Shown piece after piece: positions 1 to 8,866 of a DNA stretch of 64,000 nt; position 1 is the first letter of the stretch, and every line of letters begins with the position of its first letter. The position numbers and the translations under genes were made by a program. The DNA is taken from contig CAVYBU010000017.1 in the NCBI GenBank assembly GCA_963766735.1, positions 64,001-128,000 on the forward strand. Direction: 5' to 3'. The DNA is from an uncultured Chloroflexia bacterium (GTDB lineage Bacteria > Chloroflexota > Limnocylindria > Limnocylindrales > CSP1-4). The notes under the pieces are model-generated. The model saw only the letters and a list, made by a program, of their open reading frames with translations, was not told the DNA's origin and did no database searches.

Positions 1-1
1 G

Positions 2-1141
2 CTGTACGACTGGGAGCGGGAGGAGATCTTCCTTCGCGACTGGATCGCCGTCGGGCGCGCCGAGGAGGTTCCGGAGCCCACGTCGTTCGTCCTGCGCGAG
101 GTGTCCGGCGAGAACGTGATCATCGTGCGCGGCCGCGACGGCGTCATCCGCGCCTTCTACAACGTGTGCCGGCACCGGGGCACCGCGGTGGAGGAGCGCG
201 AGTGCGGCAAGGCAGTCCGCTTCCAGTGCCCGTACCACGCCTGGATCTACGACCTCGAGGGTCGGCTCGTCCGGGCCAGGCACACCGAGGACCTCGAGGA
301 TTTCAGCTTCGAGACGTTCGGCCTGACCCCCATCCGCTGCGAGACGTGGCAGGGCTTCGTGTTCCTGTGCTTCGCGGACGAGGCCGTGACACCGCCGCTC
401 CGCGAGTACATGGGCGACTGGTTCGAGCACCATGCGTCCTTCGGACGCGAGATGTCCACGCTCCGCCGGGCGGCGCGCCTGACCTACGACGTCGCCGCCA
501 ACTGGAAGATCGTCGCCGAGAACTACAGCGAGTGCTACCACTGCCCGCCGGTCCACAAGCTGCTCAACCGCCTGACGCCCTACGACCTGGGCGAGGACTT
601 CCTCGCCGAGGGACCGTGGAAGGGCGGCTGGATGCCGTTCGCCGACGGCTGCGAGACGATGTCGATCAGCGGCACCCGCGACGGCCGGCCCCTGCTCTAC
701 GCCCGCGACAAGGCGGAGGAGGCGCGGATCTACTACTACATCCTCTGGCCCAACCTGATCGTGTCGGTCCACCCCGACTACGTGCTCACCCACCAGGCCT
801 GGCCGGACGGACCCAACCGATCGACCGTCCACTGCGACCTGTACGTGGAGTCGGACACGGCCGAGACGATCGACATCTCGGGTGCCGTCGAGTTCTGGGA
901 CATCACGAACCGCGAGGACTACCACGTGGTGGAGATGCAGCAGCAGGGGACCCGGAGCCGCTCCTGGACCGCCGGCCGCTATACCAACCAGGAGGCCTCG
1001 GTGCACGCGTTCGACATCATGGTCGCGGACCGGTACGCGAACGACGGCACGCGGACGGTCCGTGGCTGGCGCACCGAGACGGCGAGCGATCGGCGGCTGG
1101 TGACACAGATCCTGGGACCGGGTCAGCAGCAGGGGGACTGA
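2..1141 (+). CDS. Rieske non-heme iron oxygenase alpha subunit, GbcA/Stc2/choline monooxygenase-like (5' truncated by window edge)
   Basis: Rieske motif CRH...CPYH; mononuclear Fe motif NWKIVAENYSECYHC..VH; frame is open back to base 2 (LYDWEREEIFLRDW). Confidence 0.9.
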   Translation: MYDWEREEIFLRDWIAVGRAEEVPEPTSFVLREVSGENVIIVRGRDGVIRAFYNVCRHRGTAVEERECGKAVRFQCPYHAWIYDLEGRLVRARHTEDLEDFSFETFGLTPIRCETWQGFVFLCFADEAVTPPLREYMGDWFEHHASFGREMSTLRRAARLTYDVAANWKIVAENYSECYHCPPVHKLLNRLTPYDLGEDFLAEGPWKGGWMPFADGCETMSISGTRDGRPLLYARDKAEEARIYYYILWPNLIVSVHPDYVLTHQAWPDGPNRSTVHCDLYVESDTAETIDISGAVEFWDITNREDYHVVEMQQQGTRSRSWTAGRYTNQEASVHAFDIMVADRYANDGTRTVRGWRTETASDRRLVTQILGPGQQQGD

Positions 1142-1248
1142 CCCGCCGTACCGTCCGGTCGAACCCGCCGCCCTCGTCTTGGCCGGGGATGGGATGATGC
1201 GTGGGCCGGGCATGTGACCGATGCCGGCGGTCCGGGAGGAGTGACGAG

Positions 1249-1566
1249 ATGAAGCTGCTGGTGGCGTTCGTTCAGGAAGGCGACGCGGACAGGGTGGGCG
1301 AGGCCCTCCGCCGGGAAGGTCACCGGTTCACGCGGATCACCTCGACGGGTGGCTTCCTCCAGACGCCCAACGTCACCCTGGTCATGGCGGTCGGCGAGGA
1401 GGTGCTCCCCGAGGTCGTCAACCTGTATCGGGCCAACTGCTCCATCCGCGACGTGGAGGTGCCCCTCGTGCTGTCGGGAAGCCTCCGGGAATGGCAGGAG
1501 AGGGTTGTGAACTACGCCGGCGCGACAATCCTGGTCGTGGACCTGGAGGACCTCATCCGCCTGTAG
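1249..1566 (+). CDS. PII-like cyclic-di-AMP receptor (DarA/PstA/YaaQ family)
   Basis: MKLLVAFVQ..D, STGGFL..N.T, GATI.V motifs; GGGAGGAG RBS before ATG 1249. Confidence 0.85.
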   Translation: MKLLVAFVQEGDADRVGEALRREGHRFTRITSTGGFLQTPNVTLVMAVGEEVLPEVVNLYRANCSIRDVEVPLVLSGSLREWQERVVNYAGATILVVDLEDLIRL

Positions 1567-1622
1567 GAGCCCTCGGGTGGGCTGACCACTTGCCCGCTGG
1601 ACGGTCGCGGTATCGTCACGCA

Positions 1623-2510
1623 ATGAACGAGCTGCCGCCCCCCGTCTCACTCGCTCGCCCGCTGGTCGCCGACGGCGCCATGGGAACGATCCTGTTCACG
1701 CACGGCATGCCGGTCGGCGAGGCGCCGGAAGCCTGGCTGCTGACGCCAGAGGGATCCCGCGCTATCACCGAGGTCCACCGCGCCCACGTTGCCGCCGGTG
1801 CGCAGCTGGTCCTGACCTCGACGTTCGGTGCGAATCGTCTGCGCCTGGAGGAGTCGGAGATCGCCGGCCGCACGGTTGACGTCTGCCGGGCCGCGATCGA
1901 CGCAGCCCGGGCGGGCGTCGGAGCGGACACGATCATCGCGGCCTCGATGGGGCCGACCGGCGGACTCCTCGTGCCGTACGGCCTCCTGGACCCGGGCGCC
2001 GTCCGTGCCGCCTATGCGGAGCAGGCGGCAGCGGTCGCCGAGGCGGGTGCGGCCGTCCTGTGGATCGAGACGATGATGGACCTGGGAGAGGCGGCCGCGG
2101 CCGTCGACGGCGCGAGGGAGGGGGCCCCCGGGCTGCCGGTCGTGGCGACCATGACCTTCGCCCCGAACGGGAGGACGATGTTCGGGAACTGGCCGGATGC
2201 GGTGGCTGCAACGCTGGCCGAGCACGGGGCCGCGGGGATCGGGGCGAACTGCGGTGACGGCTTTGCGCCCGTCGAGCAGGTGATGGCTGCCATGGCGGCT
2301 GCGGCGCCCGGTCTCCATCTCGTCGCCAAGGCGAATGCCGGCATCCCGACCGTGACGGCCGACGGCGACACGCAGTACCCGGCCACGCCCGCCGATGCGG
2401 CCGGCTATGCGCGCCGGGCCGCCGACGCGGGGGCCACGATCATCGGCGGCTGCTGCGGCACGCAGCCGGCACACGTGGCGGCGATCGCGGAGGCGCTTGC
2501 CGCGCGCTGA
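1623..2510 (+). CDS. Homocysteine S-methyltransferase family protein (stand-alone Hcy-binding domain)
   Basis: DGAMGT, TFGAN, IETM, Zn ligands GANC and GGCCGT. Confidence 0.9.
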   Translation: MNELPPPVSLARPLVADGAMGTILFTHGMPVGEAPEAWLLTPEGSRAITEVHRAHVAAGAQLVLTSTFGANRLRLEESEIAGRTVDVCRAAIDAARAGVGADTIIAASMGPTGGLLVPYGLLDPGAVRAAYAEQAAAVAEAGAAVLWIETMMDLGEAAAAVDGAREGAPGLPVVATMTFAPNGRTMFGNWPDAVAATLAEHGAAGIGANCGDGFAPVEQVMAAMAAAAPGLHLVAKANAGIPTVTADGDTQYPATPADAAGYARRAADAGATIIGGCCGTQPAHVAAIAEALAAR

Positions 2511-2567
2511 TCGGCGCGCTGATCGTCTCAGGCTTCCCTCGCAGCCCGGCCCACCGGGCGCCGTGCG

Positions 2568-3467
2568 CTACGGCCGCGGCTTCGTCCGTGCCGCGATCCG
2601 TTCCAGCGCGCCGGACCAGCCCGGGTCGAACGCGCGACCAGCCTCGTCCAGGTCCATCACGACCGGCGCATGGTCGGATGGCGTCGGCGGCCCCTTTCGG
2701 GCCTCGCGGTCGATCTCGGCCCAGACAACCCGCGCGACGACCGGCGCCGAGGAGTACAGCAGGTCGATCCGCATCCCCTCGTTGCGGTGGAACATCCCGG
2801 CCCGGTAGTCCCACCACGAGAAGCGGCCCCGGGCCGGCTGCACGGCCCGGTAGGCGTCCGCCAGGCCCCAGTCACGGAGCCGGGCAAGCGCCTCCCGCTC
2901 GGGCTCGGAAACGTGCGTGCCGCCGTGCGCCCGGGCCGGGCTCCAGACGTCCTCGTCCGACGGGGTCACGTTGAAGTCGCCGCCCAGGACCAGGGGCTCC
3001 TCGGCCGAGCGGGTCTCGGCCAGCCAGCGCGAGAGCCGCTCGAACCAGCGCAGCTTGCCCTCGTAGAACGGCGAGCCCACCTCCCGGCCGTTGGGCGCGT
3101 ACAGGCTGGCGACCCGCACCCCGCCGCAGACCGCGGAGACCATGCGTGCCTCGTCGAACGGGTTGAAGTCGTCCTCGCCCGCGGCCACCGCGGCCCCGGC
3201 GGACGAGTCCCGCACCGGTCCGTCGCCGAAGTTGGTGACCACGTCCTCGATCCCGACCCGGCTCAGGATCGCCACGCCGTTCCAGCGACCCTCGCCATGG
3301 TGGGCCACCTCGTAGCCGAGCATCCGGAGCGGCATGATCGGCGCGTCGGCGTCGGCGAGCTTGGTCTCCTGGATCAGGAGGACGTCCGGCTCGGCCTTCG
3401 CAAGCCAGTTCTCGACGGCAACCTGCCGCGCCTTGAGAGAGTTGACGTTCCAGGTGGCGATGCGCAT
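2568..3467 (-). CDS. xth: Exodeoxyribonuclease III / AP endonuclease
   Basis: MRIATWNVNS, QETK, GDFN, WWDYR, RID, SDHAP. Confidence 0.95.
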   Translation of the reverse strand: MRIATWNVNSLKARQVAVENWLAKAEPDVLLIQETKLADADAPIMPLRMLGYEVAHHGEGRWNGVAILSRVGIEDVVTNFGDGPVRDSSAGAAVAAGEDDFNPFDEARMVSAVCGGVRVASLYAPNGREVGSPFYEGKLRWFERLSRWLAETRSAEEPLVLGGDFNVTPSDEDVWSPARAHGGTHVSEPEREALARLRDWGLADAYRAVQPARGRFSWWDYRAGMFHRNEGMRIDLLYSSAPVVARVVWAEIDREARKGPPTPSDHAPVVMDLDEAGRAFDPGWSGALERIAARTKPRP

Positions 3468-3492
3468 TGTCGAGGGCTCCGCGAGCGGGGAC

Positions 3493-4197
3493 TCAGTACC
3501 GGCGGCCGCGCTGGCGCGCGAGGTCGAACGTCGCCGTGTCGGCGACGGACATGACCGCCATCGTGCCGGCCTGGACCGGGTCGCTGACCACGAGGTCCAC
3601 GTGATTGGTGATGGAGCCGGCCATGCTGAGCGCGATGATCGGGATGCCGACCGAGCGCAGCTCGTCCGCCGCCTTGCTGATCTCACCGCCCATGATCGAT
3701 CCCGCGAGGACCAGCATCCGGGCGCGGGGCAGGTCTGCCACGGCACGCACGGCCGCCGCGATGTTGTCCTCGCCGACCAGGGGGATGGTGTCCACGGAGA
3801 TCTTCTCGCCACGGAGGTTGTGGCGGTCCGCCTCGGTCACGGCGCCCAGCGCCACCTGCGCCACCTGCGCCCCGCCGCCCACGACGATGACCCGCTTGCC
3901 GAACACCTTGCCCAGCGGCCGGGTCATCCGGAGGGTCAGGACCGGCGCCAGCGGCTCGAGCGCAGCAACCAGGGCCTCCTCGTCGGCGCCCTCGACCTCG
4001 AGCTCAACCTCGACCGTGGCCGGCGCCTGGGGCGCCGCGCCGGACCTGCCCGCCCTGCGAACCGTCGAGAGCGTGCGCACGCGCCCACCCACCTCTGCCA
4101 CGGCGCCCGCGATCACGGCGATCGCGCCCCGGTCGTCGGCCAGCTCCAGGCGGACGGCGACCGCGGGCGGTAGCGGCTGCGGGTGGCGCCCGGGCAC
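3493..4197 (-). CDS. ACT + DUF5612 protein (AF1403-like putative metabolic regulator)
   Basis: N-terminal ACT-like segment, then VFGKRVIVVGGGAQVAQVA.GA..EADRHNLRGE.ISVDT, LVLAGSIMGG, SDPVQAGTMAVM, recalled as AF1403-family motifs. Confidence 0.85.
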   Translation of the reverse strand: MPGRHPQPLPPAVAVRLELADDRGAIAVIAGAVAEVGGRVRTLSTVRRAGRSGAAPQAPATVEVELEVEGADEEALVAALEPLAPVLTLRMTRPLGKVFGKRVIVVGGGAQVAQVALGAVTEADRHNLRGEKISVDTIPLVGEDNIAAAVRAVADLPRARMLVLAGSIMGGEISKAADELRSVGIPIIALSMAGSITNHVDLVVSDPVQAGTMAVMSVADTATFDLARQRGRRY

Positions 4198-4200
4198 CGG

Positions 4201-4470
4201 TCAGCTCGACCGGCCGGCGACGACGTCGCTGATGGACAGGCCGGTGGGCTCGGCGCCGGTGGGATCATGCTCCTCGAACGTGATGCCGAGGGACAGGAAC
4301 GCCTCGCGGGTGGCCGCGGCGTCGCTGGTCGTGAGCATGAGGGCACCATCGGTGTCCTCGGCCACGCCCACGATGCCGGTGATGTTGACGCCGCGGTCGG
4401 CAAGCGCCTGCGCGACACGCGCGAGGGCGCCGGGGCGGTCGTCGAGCTGTACGGTGAACCAGATCGTCAC
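4201..4470 (-). CDS. Small ACT domain protein
   Basis: DDRPGALARVAQALADRGVNI; AGGAGG RBS upstream of GTG 4470. Confidence 0.8.
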   Translation of the reverse strand: MTIWFTVQLDDRPGALARVAQALADRGVNITGIVGVAEDTDGALMLTTSDAAATREAFLSLGITFEEHDPTGAEPTGLSISDVVAGRSS

Positions 4471-4525
4471 GCGGAACCTCCTGACCACCCATGGTACGCG
4501 GCGTGCGCGTTACCCTGCGCATTCC

Positions 4526-5005
4526 ATGGTCAAGCGACACTCGGCGAGCTTCTACCGCCTCATCGGCACCATCGGGACCAGCCGGCTGGTCACGCGTGTC
4601 CACCCGGTGGCCTACCGGCTGACCGGTGGCCGCTGGTTCGTCGGGCGGAACCTCGGCGTGCTCAACGTGATCGTCGTGACCGTCGGCCGGCATAGCGGCA
4701 GGACCCGCGAGATCCCGCTGTATGCCTTCGAGGACGATGATCGCCTGGTGGTGATCGGGTCGAACATGGGCCAGGACCGCGAGCCCGCGTGGGTGGGCAA
4801 CCTGCGGGCGCAGCCGGAGGTCCGCGTTCGCGTCGGGCGCACGGTTCGGGCGGTCCGCGCCCGCGAGGCGGCCGACGAGGAGCGCGAGCGACTGTGGACG
4901 CTTGCGGCCGCCGGGTATCCCGGCTACGAGGACTACGCGCGGTGGACGCACCGGCAGATACCGGTCATGGTCCTCGAGCCGCGCGACGCGGAGGAGGCCG
5001 CCTGA
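4526..5005 (+). CDS. Deazaflavin (F420)-dependent nitroreductase, Ddn family
   Basis: T.GRHSGRTR..PL, GSN.G....PAW..NLRA.P, Y..Y...T.RQIPV..L. Confidence 0.9.
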   Translation: MVKRHSASFYRLIGTIGTSRLVTRVHPVAYRLTGGRWFVGRNLGVLNVIVVTVGRHSGRTREIPLYAFEDDDRLVVIGSNMGQDREPAWVGNLRAQPEVRVRVGRTVRAVRAREAADEERERLWTLAAAGYPGYEDYARWTHRQIPVMVLEPRDAEEAA

Positions 5006-5397
5006 TGCCAGCGCCGCTGGGGAAGGTTGTCACGAAGAAGATGCCGAACATCCAGGTGTTCGGGATGGAGGACAACCAGGCGACGCGCGGCGCGCTGCGG
5101 TTCTTCCGGGAGCGGCGGATCGTGGTGCACTTCGTGGACCTGCGCAAGAAGCCGATCGCCGCCGGCGAGATCCGCCGGTTCACGGACCGCCTGGGCGCGG
5201 CCGCGCTGCTGGATACCGAGAGCCGGCCGTATCGAGAAGGCGGCCTGGCGTACCTCACGACGGACGCTGCCGGGATCACCGCGCGGCTGCTGGCGGACGC
5301 CCGGCTGCTGAAGCTGCCGCTGGTCCGCTACGGCGACCTCGTCACCGCCGGCAAGGACGAGGCCGCCTGGAGGGCATGGCTGGCGAAGCCGCGGTAG
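5005..5397 (+). CDS. ArsC/Spx/MgsR family protein (Cys-less)
   Basis: IQVFG...RFFRERRI.VHFVDL, LLKLPLVR; TGATG overlap with upstream stop; alternative start 5041. Confidence 0.8.
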   Translation: MPAPLGKVVTKKMPNIQVFGMEDNQATRGALRFFRERRIVVHFVDLRKKPIAAGEIRRFTDRLGAAALLDTESRPYREGGLAYLTTDAAGITARLLADARLLKLPLVRYGDLVTAGKDEAAWRAWLAKPR

Positions 5398-5438
5398 GCC
5401 CGGCGCTGCACGTCGCCCGACCCGTTGGCCGCGGTGAC

Positions 5439-7256
5439 CTAGCTGCGGGTCGACGGGTCGAGGACCCTGCCCATGAACAGGATCGCGTTGGTCTTCACGT
5501 CCCTGAGGATGAACAGGAATGGCCGGTTCAGGCGGAGGGTGATGGTCTTGAGCGGCTGCGCGGGGCCGCAACCTCCGGTGGTGTCCATCTCGACCACCGT
5601 CGCGGCGGCGGCTTCCGTCCCCTTCTCGTCGACATCGATGTTCGCCTGGTGGATCACGGCCGAGATGAACAGCGAGTCCGGCGTGATGCCCGAGAAGTCG
5701 GCCGCGCCGGGGTTGAAGGCGGCCATCATGCCCAGCTTCTTCAGGACCGGGACCAGCTCGGCCCTGGTGTCGATGCCGAAGCGCGGCATGAACAACCGCA
5801 CCGAGTAGGCGAAGAACGGGCAGGCCATGTAGTCGTCGACTTGGCGATCCTCGGTCTCGGCGATCCGTTGCCGCTGGCCATCGAGCTTCGTGACGATCGA
5901 GGCCAGCTTCGCGGTCGTCAGCCCCTTCTCGAAGGCGTCGATGTCGTCCGGGAGGATGAGCGTCATCGCGAGAGGCGTCGAGCCGTCCGCGCCCAGGTAC
6001 CGGAGCTCGGTCGCCTTCCAGCCGGAGCCGCTCGCGTAGGGCACCTCCTGCCCGCCCAGGAGCGACATGGTCGGGACCTGGATCTTCGTGCCGCCGGCGC
6101 GGGTGAAGGCCCGGTCCGCCGTGCTCTCCTTGTCGAACTCCAGCATCCAGTTCGCCTTGAGGTAGACGGCGTTGACGAGGGCGAGGCGGGTATCGACCGT
6201 CACCTCGTTCGGGCGGAGCAGCTCCGGGATTCGTTTCGCCGTCTGGCGGCTGACCCACTCGTTGATGACCTTCCGGGCCGCCTCCGGGTCCGCCTCGAAG
6301 TCGACGAGCCCCAGCTGCGCCCCGAACGCCTCGGCGATCGCGTCGAGGAAGCCCTGCTCGATGGGGTAGCCCCGCTGCCCGAAGGCCGTGTTGGCGATCC
6401 GCAGCGACAGGGCGTGGGTGTTCTTCTCGTAGTCGGTCCAGGTCGCGTTGTATCCCGCAAGCTCCTGGTCCAGCGCGTTGAGCCGCGTCGCCAGCTGCTT
6501 CCAGCCATCGGAGCGCAGGACGTCGTCCATCTCGCTCGCGGTGGTGCCTCGCGCGCCGCCCCGCGCCATCGCGAGCGCGAGCGCGATGCTCGTCGGCGAG
6601 AACACGATGTTCTTGCCGGCCAGCTCGAGACCCGGTTCGGTTCGCATCCGCTTGTACAGGTCGACCGCGAACGCGTTGATGGAGGTCGCGGCCCGCTTCG
6701 CGTCGGCAGTGCTCCCGGCGGAGCGGGCGACCGTCGCCTTGGCGAACTCGATGCCCGCGAGAGGATCCGCGGCGCGCGCGACCCACGGCGTGCCGTCATG
6801 GTCGGCGGCGGCAACCCAGCCTTCGGTGACCCCGCCGCTCAGCGTGAGCGAGACCGGCGCGACGCGGTACCAGTCAAAGCCGGAGGCCTGCACGGGCCCC
6901 TCGATCACGGTTAGCTCGGTCCCGGTCGGCAGGAGCGGTTCGTACTTGGCGGAGTCGTCGGCCACGCGCGGCTCCGAGCGCACCCGGAGGCGATCGGACA
7001 CGGTCACGGCCATGGATCCCGGGGCCAGGTTCCCGGGCGTGACGCTTGGCGCGGGGGTGGCCGCAGCGGACGGGATTGCGGCAGGCGTCGACCCGGCTGA
7101 CGCAGATGGGGCGGTGGTGGCGGGCATCGCCGTCGCCGCGACCCCGGCTCCAGAGGGCGCGGCACCTCCCTCGCAGGCGCCCACGAGCAGGACCGCGAGC
7201 AGGATCGTGGCGAGGATCCGGACCGGGGGGCGCCGCTTCGGTGAGACCTGGAGCAT
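5439..7256 (-). CDS. Serpin family lipoprotein with N-terminal SH3b-like domain
   Basis: Lipobox LVGAC; N.VFSP.SI, LVNAVYLKANW, hinge DEKGTEAAAAT, NRPFLF.LRD..T..ILFMGRV.DP. Confidence 0.9.
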   Translation of the reverse strand: MLQVSPKRRPPVRILATILLAVLLVGACEGGAAPSGAGVAATAMPATTAPSASAGSTPAAIPSAAATPAPSVTPGNLAPGSMAVTVSDRLRVRSEPRVADDSAKYEPLLPTGTELTVIEGPVQASGFDWYRVAPVSLTLSGGVTEGWVAAADHDGTPWVARAADPLAGIEFAKATVARSAGSTADAKRAATSINAFAVDLYKRMRTEPGLELAGKNIVFSPTSIALALAMARGGARGTTASEMDDVLRSDGWKQLATRLNALDQELAGYNATWTDYEKNTHALSLRIANTAFGQRGYPIEQGFLDAIAEAFGAQLGLVDFEADPEAARKVINEWVSRQTAKRIPELLRPNEVTVDTRLALVNAVYLKANWMLEFDKESTADRAFTRAGGTKIQVPTMSLLGGQEVPYASGSGWKATELRYLGADGSTPLAMTLILPDDIDAFEKGLTTAKLASIVTKLDGQRQRIAETEDRQVDDYMACPFFAYSVRLFMPRFGIDTRAELVPVLKKLGMMAAFNPGAADFSGITPDSLFISAVIHQANIDVDEKGTEAAAATVVEMDTTGGCGPAQPLKTITLRLNRPFLFILRDVKTNAILFMGRVLDPSTRS

Positions 7257-7457
7257 CGTGGTCACCTGCGCCGTGAGCGGCCGCGGGCGACGGGGCTCGG
7301 CGTGACCGGCGGCCGGCGGTCCGCGCATCCTTGTCCAAGCCGTGTGACGCTCGCGGATGCGCCCGCGTTACAGGTGGCGCCCGTCACAGGCGCCTGTTCC
7401 GTTCCGCCGCCCCAGGACCGCGCGCCCCAACCCGTGGAGTGGCATCCTGTGCGTCTC

Positions 7458-8252
7458 ATGACCGACCACGACACCGATCACAACCAGCCTTCATCCCGGA
7501 CCATGCGCAGCGGGCGCGTCTCCATGAGTCCCGCGACCGCGGCCCGCTTCACCGGCCCCCGCACGACCGAGGACGAGAAGCTCCTCCGTGGACGCCGTGC
7601 GGACCGCCCCGCCTTCCTCGAGACGGACACGTGGCGCGCCCTCCGGATCCTCTCGGAGTTCGTGGAGGGGTTCGAGGCGCTCGCGGACGTCGGGGCGGCG
7701 GTCGCGGTGTTCGGATCCGCGCGGACGCCCGAGGATCACCCGGAGTACGCACTCGCGCGGCGCATCGGCGCGGAGCTGGCCAAGGCCGGGTTCGCGGTCA
7801 TCACCGGAGGCGGCCCGGGCACCATGGAGGCCGCCAACCGCGGGGCCCACGAGGCGGGTGGCCTCTCGATCGGCTGCAACATCGAGCTGCCGCACGAGCA
7901 GCACCCGAACACGTACGTGGACCTCTCGGTCGAGTTCCACTACTTCTTCGCGCGCAAGACGATGTTCGTGAAGTACTCCGACGCGTTCGTGATCATGCCC
8001 GGCGGGTTCGGCACCCTGGACGAGCTGTTCGAGTCGCTCACGCTCATCCAGACCGGCAAGATCCGCAACTTCCCCATCGTCCTGATCGGACACGCCTACT
8101 GGGACGGGCTCCTGGCCTGGATGCGGGACGTGCAGGTGCCGGCCGGCGTCATCACCCGGGCCGACCTGGACCTCCTCCGCATCACCGACGATCCCCTCGA
8201 GGCCGTCTCGATCATCACCGCGTTCGCGAAGGCGAACGGCATCGACGGGTAG
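7458..8252 (+). CDS. LOG family nucleotide monophosphate phosphoribohydrolase (TIGR00730-type)
   Basis: FGSAR, TGGGPG.MEAANRGA, PGGFGTLDE; start uncertain. Confidence 0.92.
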   Translation: MTDHDTDHNQPSSRTMRSGRVSMSPATAARFTGPRTTEDEKLLRGRRADRPAFLETDTWRALRILSEFVEGFEALADVGAAVAVFGSARTPEDHPEYALARRIGAELAKAGFAVITGGGPGTMEAANRGAHEAGGLSIGCNIELPHEQHPNTYVDLSVEFHYFFARKTMFVKYSDAFVIMPGGFGTLDELFESLTLIQTGKIRNFPIVLIGHAYWDGLLAWMRDVQVPAGVITRADLDLLRITDDPLEAVSIITAFAKANGIDG

Positions 8253-8313
8253 CCCGCCAGGCAGGCGCGGCGATCAGCGGCCACCCTGCGGATGGCAGCG
8301 GGCGGAACCCAGA

Positions 8314-8790
8314 TCAGCCGGGAACGGCCACCTCGATCATGCCGTCCACGATGCGGACCGGGTAGTAGCGGAACCGGCGGACGCGGGTCTGTCGCCGAGC
8401 CTCGGCCTTCAGGCCCGGCGGGTCGGGTTTCGGGTCGCGGCCGGGGGGCGCCCAGGTTGGGTGATGCCGACCGTCCGGGTCGAGGCCGCCGGTGCTGGGC
8501 ATCTGGACGGGCTCGCCCGTTTCCAGGTCGAAGCGCCCGCTGTGCAGCGGGCACGAGACGACGCACCCATCCAGATCGCCGATCGAGAGGGGAGCCGCCA
8601 TGTGCGGGCACCGGTCGTCCACCGCAGCGAGGCCGAGGGTCGTATGCGCAAGGAGGACGTCGAGATCCCCGAAGCTGATGCGTCGCATCGCGCCCGGGGC
8701 GAGGCCGTCCAGCGGGAGCGCGGCTCGAAACGGGGCCGAGGCGGTGCCGGGGACCAGGAGCTCAGGGCGATACGGGAGGATATCGATCAT
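8314..8790 (-). CDS. Rieske [2Fe-2S] ferredoxin with C-terminal insertion
   Basis: CPH-x16-CPLH, RFDL.TG, YPV. Confidence 0.85.
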   Translation of the reverse strand: MIDILPYRPELLVPGTASAPFRAALPLDGLAPGAMRRISFGDLDVLLAHTTLGLAAVDDRCPHMAAPLSIGDLDGCVVSCPLHSGRFDLETGEPVQMPSTGGLDPDGRHHPTWAPPGRDPKPDPPGLKAEARRQTRVRRFRYYPVRIVDGMIEVAVPG

Positions 8791-8866
8791 GGTCCGATGG
8801 TAGCGCCGGACAGGGAACGGCCCAGCCACCTCGGGGTGACCCGGCCGCTCGCCGGAGGGGGAGGGT

